A stretch of 64,000 nt of DNA. Source: Trypanosoma brucei (taxonomy: Eukaryota). The translations under genes were made by a program, and so were the position numbers. Below the pieces are notes generated by a model. That model was not told the origin of the DNA. It made no database searches and was given only the letters and a program-made list of their open reading frames with translations. Below are positions 11,495-23,699 of the stretch, piece after piece. The stretch lies in contig CP000070.1 in assembly GCA_000002445.1 (NCBI GenBank), forward strand, positions 1,760,001 through 1,824,000, written 5' to 3'. Every line of letters begins with the position of its first letter. Position 1 is the first letter of the stretch.

Positions 11495-13050
11495 ATGAAT
11501 GGCCAAGCTAATGCATTAGTTGTCACACTTTTCTTAGCAACAAACCAGGTGTCACCAGAAATCACAGCTGACGATAACGCGCTGGAGTTCAGAGCGCTAT
11601 CCCAATTTGTAAACATGGCAACCGTGGGTATCAAAACCGCATTGGCTCCACAAATTGACAAGGCAGCAGCGGCTTACATAGGTGCGCTCAACCTTACACT
11701 CGCAGACAACACCATCGCAGCGGCGGTTGACGAGGCAAAACCATGGGAACAATTAGGAAAGCCACAGCAACAAGCACTAAGCGGGAGGAGTGACTACTAT
11801 GAATATTGGCAACCAAGTAAGAAACAGATCACCGAGCACAAAAGCACAATCGAGAGCTGGATTCCCAAAACGATCACGCCACAGTTAAGAGCCAAAGTTG
11901 AAGAGTTAGCTTCCAAAGCAAAAGCAATCTACGAGCAGAGGGCCCCATCTTACACAATCACGGAACCCGTGGACCAGCTCATTAACGGAGTTTTGTACGG
12001 CAAAGCGCAACCTATAACGACATGAAAGATCCACACAGCCTCTAGCCGAGAAGCAGTGTGCTCTAGCCAGGCAAGTACTCAACAATCGGAAGCCGGTAGC
12101 GCGCTGCTGCTAGACCTGTTGTGCCTCTGCAGCTTCGACGGCAGCAACATCGCAACAAAAAAGCTTGTGGCGGACACTTGGACGCTGCCGTAACGAACAC
12201 AGGGTAGAACCCCAGCACTGGCGGTGCAGCAGAGGCAGAAAAACTTAAGACCGAATGCGCAAACTACGGCGCAGCAACACCCCTCACTCACGAATCTTTG
12301 GCGGCGGCCTGGGCCGGTCTGCGGACCTTAATCAAACCGGACAAAGTAACAACCACCAAAACAGCCAAACACATCCTGGGAAAAGTTGGAAGCACAGGCG
12401 GTTCTTACGCTGGCTGCAGCGGACGGGTCAATATCAACGGAGGGCAGTGTGTTCAATACAAGGACGAGCATTTCAAAAACAGCAAAATAACCATTCCCTG
12501 GAATGTAAACCTAGAAAACGCCGTCAAGCGAAACGCGGAAGAGGTCAAGCACGGTCTACTAATAACACAAGAAAACGCAGAACTGAAGCAAATGAACGAA
12601 ACAATAACAGCCCAGCTGGCGGGGTTCATAAAACCCCGCAAGCTGCAAAACCATCGGCAGAAAAAAAGTGACGCCTGCGCAGAGCACAAAACTAATTCGA
12701 TATGCACAAAAAATAACTGCAAATGGAATGGAACTACTGAGGACAGGGGAGAATACAAAGTAGACGAAACTAAAGTTAAAGAGCAGACAAACGCAGGAAT
12801 AGGAGATGGAGAGCAAACCTCAAAATGTACTGGACAAGACACCAAAGAGAAATGCGAAGCCGTGCAAGGGACAGCTCCCCCTGGCAAAAAATCTGTTTGT
12901 GTTTGGATAAAAGGAAAGTGCCAGGATTCCAGCTTTCTCCTCAATAAAAAATTTTCTCTGAGTATGGCTGCTGCTTTCGTGGCCTTTCTATATAAAGAAC
13001 TTTTTATTAGTTCTGTGAAATTTATGAAAATGTTTTTAGATATTTTTTAA
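11495..13050 (+). pseudogene. VSG: VSG pseudogene, with the frame broken between the N- and C-terminal parts
   Basis: The N-terminal part sits in ORF 11495..12025 and the C-terminal part in ORF 12298..13050, in a different frame. The total span of about 1.55 kb equals one VSG. The C-terminal part ends CQDSSFLLNKKFSLSMAAAFVAFLY. Confidence 0.7.
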
Positions 13051-13231
13051 AAATTTACTAAAACTTGATATTTTAACACTTTTGTAAAACCTTTGAAAAA
13101 TTTTAAAAATTTGAAAAAACTAAGAAACTTAGTAAAGTATGTACGATTGTATCCTATAAAAGAAATGTAGTAAGGTAATGGGATATAAAAAGTGACTATC
13201 ATCATCATTTTGTAAATTTATGGATATTTGT

Positions 13232-13395
<164 letters not shown>

Positions 13396-14893
13396 GGTGT
13401 TGAAACGACTGGAGATCGAAAGTTTAATCCCTTAAAACAGCATCATGGTGTAGTGTAAGTATGTATGTGAGTTGCTGAGTAGGGAGTTAGAGAGCAAGGA
13501 ATTTACAAAAGAAAACGAAGAAATGAAATGAGAGAAAGACGGGAGATGGATTATATGAAGTTTCAAACACTAACATGACGGTGGTTATTATCACCTTACA
13601 GAAGAAGATAATATGGGACAATAAGTAGAGAAAAAGTATAGTGTACAAGCTAAGCGGAGCTACGGTATTCGCACAAGTGCTGACAGAAAGTGGAAATGAA
13701 GGAAACAATGCACGTAATGAAACAGAAGTATTTGCATCACAGCGTAAGAAGTGAAAAAGTATGTGCAAGGGATGGTTCCCAGTATTTTACTTTAAAATGG
13801 ATAGATGCTACATTTGAGAGGAAGTTGAAATCTGTTGTTTTTAATCTCAATGAGAATCTTAATATTTTGATGTAGGGAAAAGAAGGAGTAGGAGGAGGGA
13901 TTGCGTATTTTTATGCGTGATGTAATGTTAGAGTTCTTTTCTTATCAGGAACAGTAGTAAAGATCAGCAGACATGGGAGACACTGTAAAATTATCATGAG
14001 AGAGATTTTTTAAGAGTGTACTTGTTATGTATTACTATGACCAGGAATAAACCAAGTGAAAACACGAAAAGTGCTTTAAATAGTGCATATATAAACAATT
14101 TAATGACCTCAATAAGGTTGAGATAATCAAAAACCGATACCCATCCGGCGGCGTATTTTTATACTGGGCTGCATTAATACATTTCAAGAAGTTAGTAATT
14201 TATAAGTGAATAAACACTGGTGCGGCATTAAGAAAGCTTATTCTTAATATTAAAAGTAAAAGAGCGCAATCAGAACTGCAATCTCCGGCAAAAAGACATA
14301 AGATCCCCATAATAAACCGGGATAATGACTGAATATGCTAAAGGCCGCCAGCGTACCGGCGCGTAATCTTTATTTTTTCATTGCAGATGTACCCACAGAG
14401 CAGGCATCGGAATGCTGTAGACAACGAAAATAAAAGATATATGCCTCAGGTATATATATATAAGGTTTCAATATATTTTAGAAGTCTTAGGGAATAAGAT
14501 GACAAAGTAATAGATAAGAAATTTAGAGATCACCACATTGACGCACTAAGTAAGGAGTCAAAATGACAGATTAGAGTTAGAACTCCAAAGGTAAGTTTCG
14601 GACGCAAAGCAACTGAATACATCAAAGAAAGGAGCTTACCACAAACTATAAATATCGGTGGAGGTGGACATAAAAATAAATCTTCGTTTACACTAAACAA
14701 TAAATTCTCAGAACGAAGCGGCGTACAAAGAAATGCGAAACCAAACAACGCTAACACCCTTAGGAAAAACAACAAGCCGTGGGCACGCACAGCGACTTCT
14801 ATTCTCACAATCGCTCCCAACACCAAGTGGCAAAGAACAACCAAAGCCATTGAGACAAGCAAAGGAAAACAGGCTCGTTAGTCAAAACAGAGC

Positions 14894-16440
14894 ATGAAGG
14901 CTTTGCTGACAATCGCGGCAGCCTTAACATGTCGTCTAACCCGTGGCGCTGAAAACGCAGACGGCGGTGGCTTATCAGCAAAGAGCCTAGCAACGTTGTG
15001 CGACTTGGGTGGCGACTTAAAACAAGCAGCCTACATAATGTCGACCAAACTTAAAGCACACGACGCTGCTATCCAAATACACCTGAAAAAGTTGCGGATT
15101 CTGGACACCCTTGAAGCGTGTACAAACAGCGAACGAAGGATCAAGACTACCCTTGCGCGGCTGATGTTAGCGGATTATGTACAGCATACAACAGCTCGCA
15201 ACGCAGCAGCGGAAACTGCGGTCGCAGCTGCAGCAGAGTCGGCATACTGGCCTGGCCGGCTTGACGAACTGGTAGCCATAGCAAAACAAAGCACGACAGC
15301 AACAGCCGATGCAGCATCGGAATCGATTTGCTTAGCAAACGTCGAGGCAGGACAAACAACTGCCAACGGACTCAAACACGACAGCGACCTGGCAACAGCA
15401 GGGCTCTCAGGCTGCAAGAACACGCAATCTACGACAGAGAAAACGGCAACCGCAATAAACATCCAAGAGCGGCTAAATGCGATAGGCAAAAAAAACGGCA
15501 TCTACGCTTCAGCGCCAGCAAACCCAGGCTGTATCTTAACCAAAAAAAGCACGGCGCACTACTATAAGACCCTCACCGGGCCAGCCACGCTAACTTTTGC
15601 AGGTGGAAGCATCCAACTGACGGCGCAAAACGGCGACACTGCCCCAACGAGCCAAAAACTCGGCGTAACCCAGTCAGGCAGCACATACAGCGCAAAAGCA
15701 GGCACTGGAATCAAAGAAGCCACAGACGCCGCCGCCCGAGGCATAACTGCAAGCAATATAGAAGGCCCTAAAACGCAGACCCTTTTAGCAGACGGAGCAT
15801 GGGAAACGGCGAAGAGCAACAAACTGTTGCAAGAAGCACTAAACCCCCATGAGGACGTTAGTAGCAAATACAACGAAGGCCTTCCAGAAAGCTCCAAGCC
15901 ACTGTACAGCGAGATCAGCAAACTCCACAAGAAGCTCGGGACGACGCTAGAGGCACTCGAAGCGAGTGGAGACTTTGAAACAAAGCTCAGGGCAAAATTC
16001 AGCGGCAAAAAAACATGCAAACAACCGACCATCGAAGTATCAGCTGCAACCGGCTGCAAGCAGTACTACACAAACACAACCTGCAGAACAGACAATAACT
16101 GCAAATGGGATAGCACTACAGAGGATAAAGGAGAACATTGCAAACCTAAAGATGGAGAAGAACAGACAAACACAGCAGGTGGAACAGAGGGAGCTGCAGC
16201 AACAGAAAACCATAATTGTGGCCAATATACGGATACAGAGAAATGCACCAAAGCCATAGGCAAACCGAAAGAGGGCAAAAATCTGTTTGTGTTTGGATAA
16301 AAGGAAAGTGCCAGGATTCCAGCTTTCTCCTCAATAAAAAATTTTCTCTGAGTATGGCTGCTGCTTTCGTGGCCTTTCTATATAAAGAACTTTTTATTAG
16401 TTCTGTGAAATTTATGAAAATGTTTTTAGATATTTTTAAA
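14894..16440 (+). pseudogene. VSG: VSG pseudogene with a C-terminal frameshift
   Basis: The N-terminal ORF 14894..16300 is VSG-like (MKALLTIAAALTCRLTRGAENADGG...) and ends GKNLFVFG-stop. The canonical tail CQDSSFLLNKKFSLSMAAAFVAFLY continues in the +1 frame (16216..16458). The frame break sits exactly at an A5-versus-A6 homopolymer, where a block shared with the previous VSG begins. Confidence 0.75.
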
Positions 16441-16619
16441 AAATTTACTAAAACTTGATATTTTAACACTTTTATAAAACCTTTGAAAAATTTTTAAAAT
16501 TTGAAAAAACTAAGAAACTTAGTAAAGTATGTACAATCGTATCCTATAAAAGAAATGTAGTAAGGTAATAGGATATAAAAAGTGAGTATCATCATCATTT
16601 TGTAAATTTATGGATATTT

Positions 16620-16720
16620 GTTAGGTTTATAATAATAATAATAATGATAATGATAATAATGATACGACAGTGTTGTTAGTGTTTGTATACTAAAATAATA
16701 GGAGCAGCAACAATAATTGT
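16620..16720 (+). repeat. 70-bp repeat (partial)
   Basis: The sequence ataataataataatgataatgataataatgatacgacagtgttgttagtgtttgtatactaaaataatagg matches the repeat. Confidence 0.65.
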
Positions 16721-18381
16721 GAGCACCAATGTATAACCGCTTAAAATAATGACTATCATGTAATAAGAGTAGCTGAGTATGTAAGGGAGTGGAAACGCAC
16801 GAAGAATATTTTTAAAGGAAACACAGACAGACAAAGAGGAGAAGAGGGAGAGTGAATGGGTGATAGAATATGCACAGTTCCAGAGAAAAAATAATAACAG
16901 ACAATGTTATACACAAGGAGATTAAAGATGGGACAATGAGGAAAACACAATTTCATTGTACACGGCATATGTAGTTCGGCGTTATCCGCAGAAGCACGCT
17001 GCGTAAGACGAGGACAATCAACATAAAAATGGGATAAATTTGGAAATATACGACAGCACAGCACAGAAGTAAATGATACATCACGATGAGAGGAGGATAT
17101 GGTGAAGATACTGCTTATCACAGTACGTCAGATAGGTGAATCAGCGAAGATGGTACCAAATGTGGTTTATAATCTAATGGAGCGTTCTAATGCTAAGTTG
17201 TATGTGACTAGGAGAGAGATTCATGGGATTACTGTCAAGCATTTTGTTTAGTAGTGGAATATGGAGCTAAAGTGAATCTTATAGATGAATGGTGCGGCGT
17301 GTTGAAATAATGTGACAACATATAGATTGGTTTTTCAAGTATAATTAAAACCGCTTCGACATATAAATAAAGCGCACATTTCAATGTTTTTCGGTGATAA
17401 TGGCAAAATGTGTTTGGTATAGACAAAGTAGGTGAAGCATAGGGGAGAAAGACATGGAATGTCGATAGTGGCCAAAAGCAGAGGCACTAAACAATTTAAC
17501 GTGTTTATGATGCTGACTAAACCACACTCGGTTCGGAGAAACCATCAACTAAAGTGGAATGGAAATCCATGTGGAAATTCTGAGAAAAAGTTAACAAGTT
17601 TCCAAACAAAGAGATTTCATTCCTCTGGTCGAAAGTTGATCAGGCCGACTGAGGTCCCAAGCTCAAAAAATGGTTTCAGACATTTGAAATAAAACATTAA
17701 AATTGCCAAAAAGCAGCAGAAAGTTTAGCTGTGGCAGCAAAGCAAGTCAAGTAGCTACAGTTGCACAAAATCCCAAACCGTTGCTTAGACCAGAAATTCA
17801 ACCAGCAGCTAGCACCAGTATCTTCGAAGGCGGCATATGACAAACGACGGCTTGGGTGAAAGAAGCGACGCCCGCCGGCACTGACTTGTACTGGGTGGGA
17901 CCAACTGCAGGGTGCAAGAGGACTGCAACGCCAGATCAACCCATACCCCGGATGCTGGAACGGCCGGACTATTAAGCGAATGGCAAAAAAGAGGGCAGAA
18001 CCTTGATCGATTCAAACAGCTTCAAACAAATACAGAAAACACAAGGTAGAAACGATCTAACATGGACGTGCAAAAGACTCTAACTGCTTTATACACACAA
18101 AGACAACCTCAAGTCGTTTGGCACGTTTAATAACGCACAATTGGTAATCGATCAGCTTAAAGTGGCGGGCTACGTCGAACACTAGATGTTAATAACGCCG
18201 CAACGTCCTAACCTTTGCAACCACCATGTCAAGCTTTAAGATTGTATTCAGCGTTGCTGCTGATTTTCCAACTTACTGCGTTTTTTCTCATTTCTTAAAT
18301 GCAACCCCCAAAACGAAAACTTCCAGGAACCACAGAACCTTTGAAGCAAGAAACACTCTGCAGAGAAGCTCCATAAGCATA

Positions 18382-19925
18382 ATGCCACTCTATGCTCTTA
18401 CAGCAATATTTCTAGCGCAACTCGCGACGCTGAAAACGCACGGCGCATTCCAAGCCGAGTGCGCCGTGCGTTTTCAGCCGTTGTGCATGTTTGCGGCGCT
18501 GGAGGACACCACACCAAAAGCTGCTGAGATAGAGGAAGTACCCGATGCTGAAATTCAGGACATAAGAACAATGAATATGTCGGCAGCGGCCGCTGACTGG
18601 CAGAAGCTGTTTGCCGCAAACGGAAAGGATCTCAAGTGGGCGGACGTCAGTAAAGGCGCGACCGCAGAACCATACCAAACCCACTGGTCGTCAACATTTG
18701 ACGGCTGGGTTGCAGATAGAAAGAGGTTGGATGAAACAAAAGGCGGACAAAAGTGGCTCGACCTCAACCCACCACCAAAAACTCAAAAGGGTCGTGAGGC
18801 AGCGACGGAAAAATTAAATAAAACATTGGACTCAATACTAAAGCTAAAAGCATCTTACGACCGAGCGAGGACAGAGGTAATGACAACATTTCCGGCCCAA
18901 GCAAAGAGCAAAGTGCTACAGGCTCTTTACGGAGAAGGCGCAACAGAAGCTAAGCTAACAACCGACAAAACAATCGCCCACGCAAGCACGTACGCCAGCG
19001 CATGCGGAGCCAACGGGGGGCTCTCAGTTTACGGAGATATCATGTGCATATGCGGTGACACAAGCAGTGCAAATTCAGCGGTCTGCACAAACACCAACAT
19101 CAACCTGAAATGGGACAGCGCCGTCGACGACACCAGCATTGCAGCAGCAAAAGCCAAATGCACGATAAAAACCAAAACACCATACACGGCAAAGACGCTA
19201 CTAAACCTAATAGCCACGCTCTCAAGCAGACTGCGGCATGAAGCGAAGACAAACGCGCTGCAAACATACTTAGGCAAAACAAGTGCGCAAAGATGCGACG
19301 GCGGCGGGAATGCGGCCTGCGTGATCTACACCAAGTACTTCAACGCCGCAAAGGACACGGCAGGGGCAGAAACCATACCGTGGATTTCCAGAATAGCAGC
19401 GGCAGCGAAACTACTGGAACAGGCGGAGGCGCAAGCAGGAGAAGCAAACTCCATGCGGCGCAAGACAGAAACTCTAATTCAAAATGCCAAAGCAGCATAC
19501 AAGTCCAAGCGTTATGATTTCGAAGCAGCGCCGAACATCGGACCTCAAACCGAAACAAAAGACTCACGAACACTCGCAAACAAATGTGAAAAACACCATG
19601 CAAGCCCAGATAACTGCACCAAGGCTGAATGCGACTAGGATACTGAAAATAAAAAATGTAAACCTAAACCAGGATCAGAAAGCACAGCAGCAGGAGCACA
19701 AGATCAAGCGGGAGGAGCAGATACAGGAACTTCAACTGGGTGTGCAAGGCACGGAAATGACAAGACGGCCTGTGAAAATGACAAAGCAGGCGATAAGCAA
19801 AATTGTGCGTGGAGGAAGTGGAAAGATAATGAGGACGAGACTGAAAAAGAAAAATGTTGAAATGGTAGTTTGCTTGTATACAAGAAAATTGCTCTCATTG
19901 CTGCTACATTTATTAGTTTGGTAGC
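18382..19925 (+). pseudogene. VSG: VSG pseudogene (B-type N-domain) with an in-frame stop and a frameshift in the C-terminal domain
   Basis: MPLYALTAIFLAQLATLKTHG opens a VSG-like N-domain. A TAG falls at 19636 after KAECD. The Cys-rich C-domain continues in other frames and ends with a hydrophobic tail RKLLSLLLHLLVW in the frame of ORF 19484..19924. Confidence 0.7.
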
Positions 19926-20189
19926 AGTTTATTGTGTTAAAAACTTTTTTCTCAATTTTATCAAAACTTACAAAAATATGCTCTTCTTATAAAAATTTTT
20001 CTATTCTAATCAATTTTTAGACATTTTAAAAGTTTATGATAAAAATGTGAAAATTAGAGAAATTTCGAAAAAGTTGATATAAAAGTAGGCTATGGGTATA
20101 AAGTAGTTGTGTGATATAATTTTTAAAAACAGTGCTATTCTAGTTTGGTCTATTTTGTTTGTTTTTCTGTACATTCATTGGGGTTATAC

Positions 20190-20370
20190 TATTAATGTTT
20201 ATAATGATAATAATAATGATAGGAGAATGTTGTGAGTGTGCATATACAAATATTATAATAAAAGCAGTACTAATAATTATAGTGATAGTAGTAATAATAA
20301 TGATGATAGGAGAGTGTTGTGAGTGTGTATATACTGATATAGTAATGACAATAGTGGTTGTATACTAAAG
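20190..20370 (+). repeat. 70-bp repeats (about 2 copies)
   Basis: The core GGAGAATGTTGTGAGTGTGCATATACAAATATTATAATAAAAGCAG occurs twice, each with flanking TRR triplets. Confidence 0.8.
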
Positions 20371-21241
20371 GGAAAAAACAAAAGCATTTAAAATAATGGA
20401 GAGGACGCAAAGAGTATTGTTGATGAAACGCAGGAGGGTAAAGAAAGAGGGAGAGAGGAAAATAAAATATTCGCAGTCCCAAACACAGAAATAATGATTA
20501 AAAGAATCTTACAAAAAGAGATGAAAGAGGATGCAACAATTACGGAAATACAGAACGTAGTACACATTACAAACAGTGTCGCTTTTTTATCATCACCAAA
20601 AAAGCCAGTAGAATAATAAGTAAGAACGCCAATACTGAATGCAAAGAAAGATGCGGGGTAAAAAAACGGTGTATGGATGGAAATTATACAATGGACGAAA
20701 AGTGTGATACATATTTCGCAAAAACATGCTTATTTACCCCTAAGAAGATGATGATATCTGTATTTTGTGATTTGATGGGCTATCTTAATGCGCAGAGCTG
20801 TTTACCAAGGCGGTTGGCCGACAAGGCACCCAGGGCAGAGTTTCAATTCTGGGAAATAGGCGACAATAAAAAGGCAAGTTAGAATTTTGAGGGGTAATTT
20901 GCGGAAGTTTTATAGAGTATCACCAACTATTTTCACAGCGCAAGCGACAAACAATGCTAATATGGAACGAATAATCTTTACTGCCAGCATAGGGGGAAGT
21001 GAACGAACGCCAGTCAAAAACAGACGTAAACAGACACTACGGGAGGCGTCAAACGACCGAAGGTAACATAAAAGCGCTGCTTGAAGCAACAAACTGCGTG
21101 AAACAGACGAAGTAGCAGTGATAACCACCTAATAATCTGTTGAGACTTTGCAACCGTGTAGAAAGTTGCGTCTAGCATTTCCAAGCCACATTTAACCTTA
21201 CAACGGTTCTTCAAGGCAGAAGAAAAAACGAAGCTAAAACA

Positions 21242-22885
21242 ATGCTCGGAGATAGAAAAACCCAAACAACCCGCCTACTAATTGCAATCCTTGTGCTACT
21301 AACGGCCTTACCACAGTGGGTGGTGCCGGCTGCTCACATGGGGCTGCTTAAAGCAACATGGCAACCACTTTGCGCGTTGACAAAAGAACTTGACGAAGTC
21401 CCAGGAGAAGCGTTACAGGAGGTAATGGCCATACTCAGCAAGGCTTCAGAACTCGAAAAGGAGGCAATGATGCTCAAAATATACTCGGCACTGACAGAAT
21501 CAGAAAGCGAAGCTAAAAAGGCGACAACGGTAGCGGCTCACATGCGGAGATTAGCACACTCCCAAAGGCAATACTTCATGACAATAGATGCACAAAAATT
21601 TCTCGCAGCCAGCAAAGCGAGCGCATATGCAAAGGGACGACTAGACGAGTTCCTTCAAGTGGCCGGTTCGATGAAAGACAGCAGCAACCGCGGGTGTTTA
21701 TTAGCGGGTAGTAACCAAAACGGCCTAAAACTTACTGACGGCGCACTCGACGGCGTCCAGTGCAAAAACAGTGCGAGCCAGGTAGCCGCTACCACCAGAG
21801 CTACCAAGACGATAACAGCAGCCGGCATATCGGGCCCAATCCACGGGCAGGAAAGCAGCAACAGGATCCAGCACAGCGCCAACGAATGCAGGCTATTCGG
21901 CAAAACGCACGCCAACGGTCTCGGGCACACGGCAGCACTAGAAAACCCAAAGCTGGTATGGGCCGGGGGCTACATCACAATCGATACAAGCAGCGGAGAC
22001 GACGGCAAGGTCACACTAACACAACTAACACCAGCAGGGACACAGACGAGACCGGAAGCCAAACCTTGGCAGGACTGCATAGAAGCAGTAGGGGCTATGC
22101 CGACAGCTGGCTCACCAGCGTACACCAATGACACAGCTGTTCTGGCGACATCCGAAAGCGCAGCCGACCTATTCGGCCGCGTACAGAAAAATATAGAGGA
22201 CGGGACACTGAGCAACACAAAGACAGAAATAACGGCAATGTTCGGCGACCAACCAGAGGTTCAAGTAAATAAATTGCTAAGCAACGCAGCGAATTATCAA
22301 CTAAAAGAAAAAATCGGTGGCAAAAATAAAGGCACTAAGCTGAATGAGATCGGCACAGCTGCTGAGCTAGAAGCGGTCCTGGCAGCCGTGGACATAAAAC
22401 TTATAGAAACACGATCAAAATTGATAAAACAACTTAACGAAGAAAAGCAGAAAAAGGGGGGAGATGATACCACAAAAACAAGCGAAACAGATGAAACTTG
22501 CCAAGCAAAAGGAACAGGAGATAAATGCACTTCCCCATGCAAGGAGGTCGAAGAAGGCGGCAAAAAGAAGTGCACATTGGATAAGGAAGCTAAACAAACA
22601 GCAGAAGGAGCAGCAAAACAAGAAGGGAAAGATGGAAAAACTGTAGATTGCAGTAAACTTTACACACAAGAGAAATGTGAAAAAGCCAATGAAGGCCAAG
22701 CCACAAAAGTTTGTGGATGGAAGGGAGAAAATACTGATGGATCTGACAAATCCGGTTATAAATGCCGAAACGGTAGTTTTCTAGTAAAAAAACAATTCGC
22801 CCTCAGCGTGGTTTCTGCTGCATTTGTGGGCTTCATAGAATTTAAGAGCTCGAAGGATAATACGAATTTTCGCTTAATTTTTTGA
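21242..22885 (+). CDS. VSG: variant surface glycoprotein (VSG) with a 13-aa read-through past the usual terminus
   Basis: It has a signal peptide, an A-type N-domain and a Cys-rich C-domain. The tail NGSFLVKKQFALSVVSAAFVGFIEF is present, but the ORF continues KSSKDNTNFRLIF before its stop. That suggests a mutated canonical stop, so this may be a pseudogene. Confidence 0.75.
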   Translation: MLGDRKTQTTRLLIAILVLLTALPQWVVPAAHMGLLKATWQPLCALTKELDEVPGEALQEVMAILSKASELEKEAMMLKIYSALTESESEAKKATTVAAHMRRLAHSQRQYFMTIDAQKFLAASKASAYAKGRLDEFLQVAGSMKDSSNRGCLLAGSNQNGLKLTDGALDGVQCKNSASQVAATTRATKTITAAGISGPIHGQESSNRIQHSANECRLFGKTHANGLGHTAALENPKLVWAGGYITIDTSSGDDGKVTLTQLTPAGTQTRPEAKPWQDCIEAVGAMPTAGSPAYTNDTAVLATSESAADLFGRVQKNIEDGTLSNTKTEITAMFGDQPEVQVNKLLSNAANYQLKEKIGGKNKGTKLNEIGTAAELEAVLAAVDIKLIETRSKLIKQLNEEKQKKGGDDTTKTSETDETCQAKGTGDKCTSPCKEVEEGGKKKCTLDKEAKQTAEGAAKQEGKDGKTVDCSKLYTQEKCEKANEGQATKVCGWKGENTDGSDKSGYKCRNGSFLVKKQFALSVVSAAFVGFIEFKSSKDNTNFRLIF

Positions 22886-23099
22886 AATCTATGAAAAGTG
22901 CTATTTTGAGAGAATTTGCTAATTTTTTCTAAAATTTGATACAACTTACGATTTTTTGATTAAAGTGTGAAAACTCTAGTTAAATCTGCATAATTATGGC
23001 CTATGTATGTAACGTAGAACCTTGATAGGGCATGAAAAATTAGCGCTACTCTAATTTGGTGTATTTTGTTAATTTTGTTTATGTTATTAATATTAGAAG

Positions 23100-23290
23100 T
23101 AATTTGGGGTTATAATAATAATAATAATGATGATAGTGATAATAATAGGAGAGTGTTGTGAGTGTGTATATACGAATATTATAATAATAATAGTAAAAAT
23201 AATAGTAATGATAATAATAATGATAATAATGATAATGATAGGAGAGTGCTGTGAGTGTGTATATACTAAAATAATAGGAGTGGTGTTGTT
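23100..23290 (+). repeat. 70-bp repeats (about 2 copies) not followed by a VSG
   Basis: Two cores (AGGAGAGTGTTGTGAGTGTGTATATACGAATATTATAATAATAATAG) are present. The 3' region of the ingi lies downstream instead of a VSG. Confidence 0.8.
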
Positions 23291-23699
23291 GAAAACCAAA
23301 CGGAAGGATAAAGTAAAGCTCTTAAAACAATGGTGAGTGTGCAAAGAGTATTATTGAAGAAACGCAGGAAGACAAAGAGGGGGAAATAGATGATTAAGAA
23401 TTTAAAGCACAAACATGACGAGGAACACAATTATACTGAAAGAGATGCTTGAAGGATCAATGAAAAAGAGAAAGGCGGAATGCATTGCACTAGCCATATG
23501 GAGGCGCTACAGCATATGCAGGAAGAACGGCTGAAGGAATAAATAAGAAAATAAAATAAGGAAGGAAACAACGGAGAGAACATCAGCATAGGACAGCAAA
23601 AAAAGTTCATAAGGAGAAGCAAAGATTTCATGTATTGTTAAAAAAAATAGATACTGCTGCTAAAATGATGCGGCAAAAAGACTAACAGTAGTTTATAAA

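Noticed and set aside
12255-12671. A 138-aa Arg/Lys-rich ORF overlapping the VSG pseudogene 11495..13050.
   Set aside because: It is an alternative frame of VSG-coding DNA within a frameshifted pseudogene. The VSG frames on either side explain the region.
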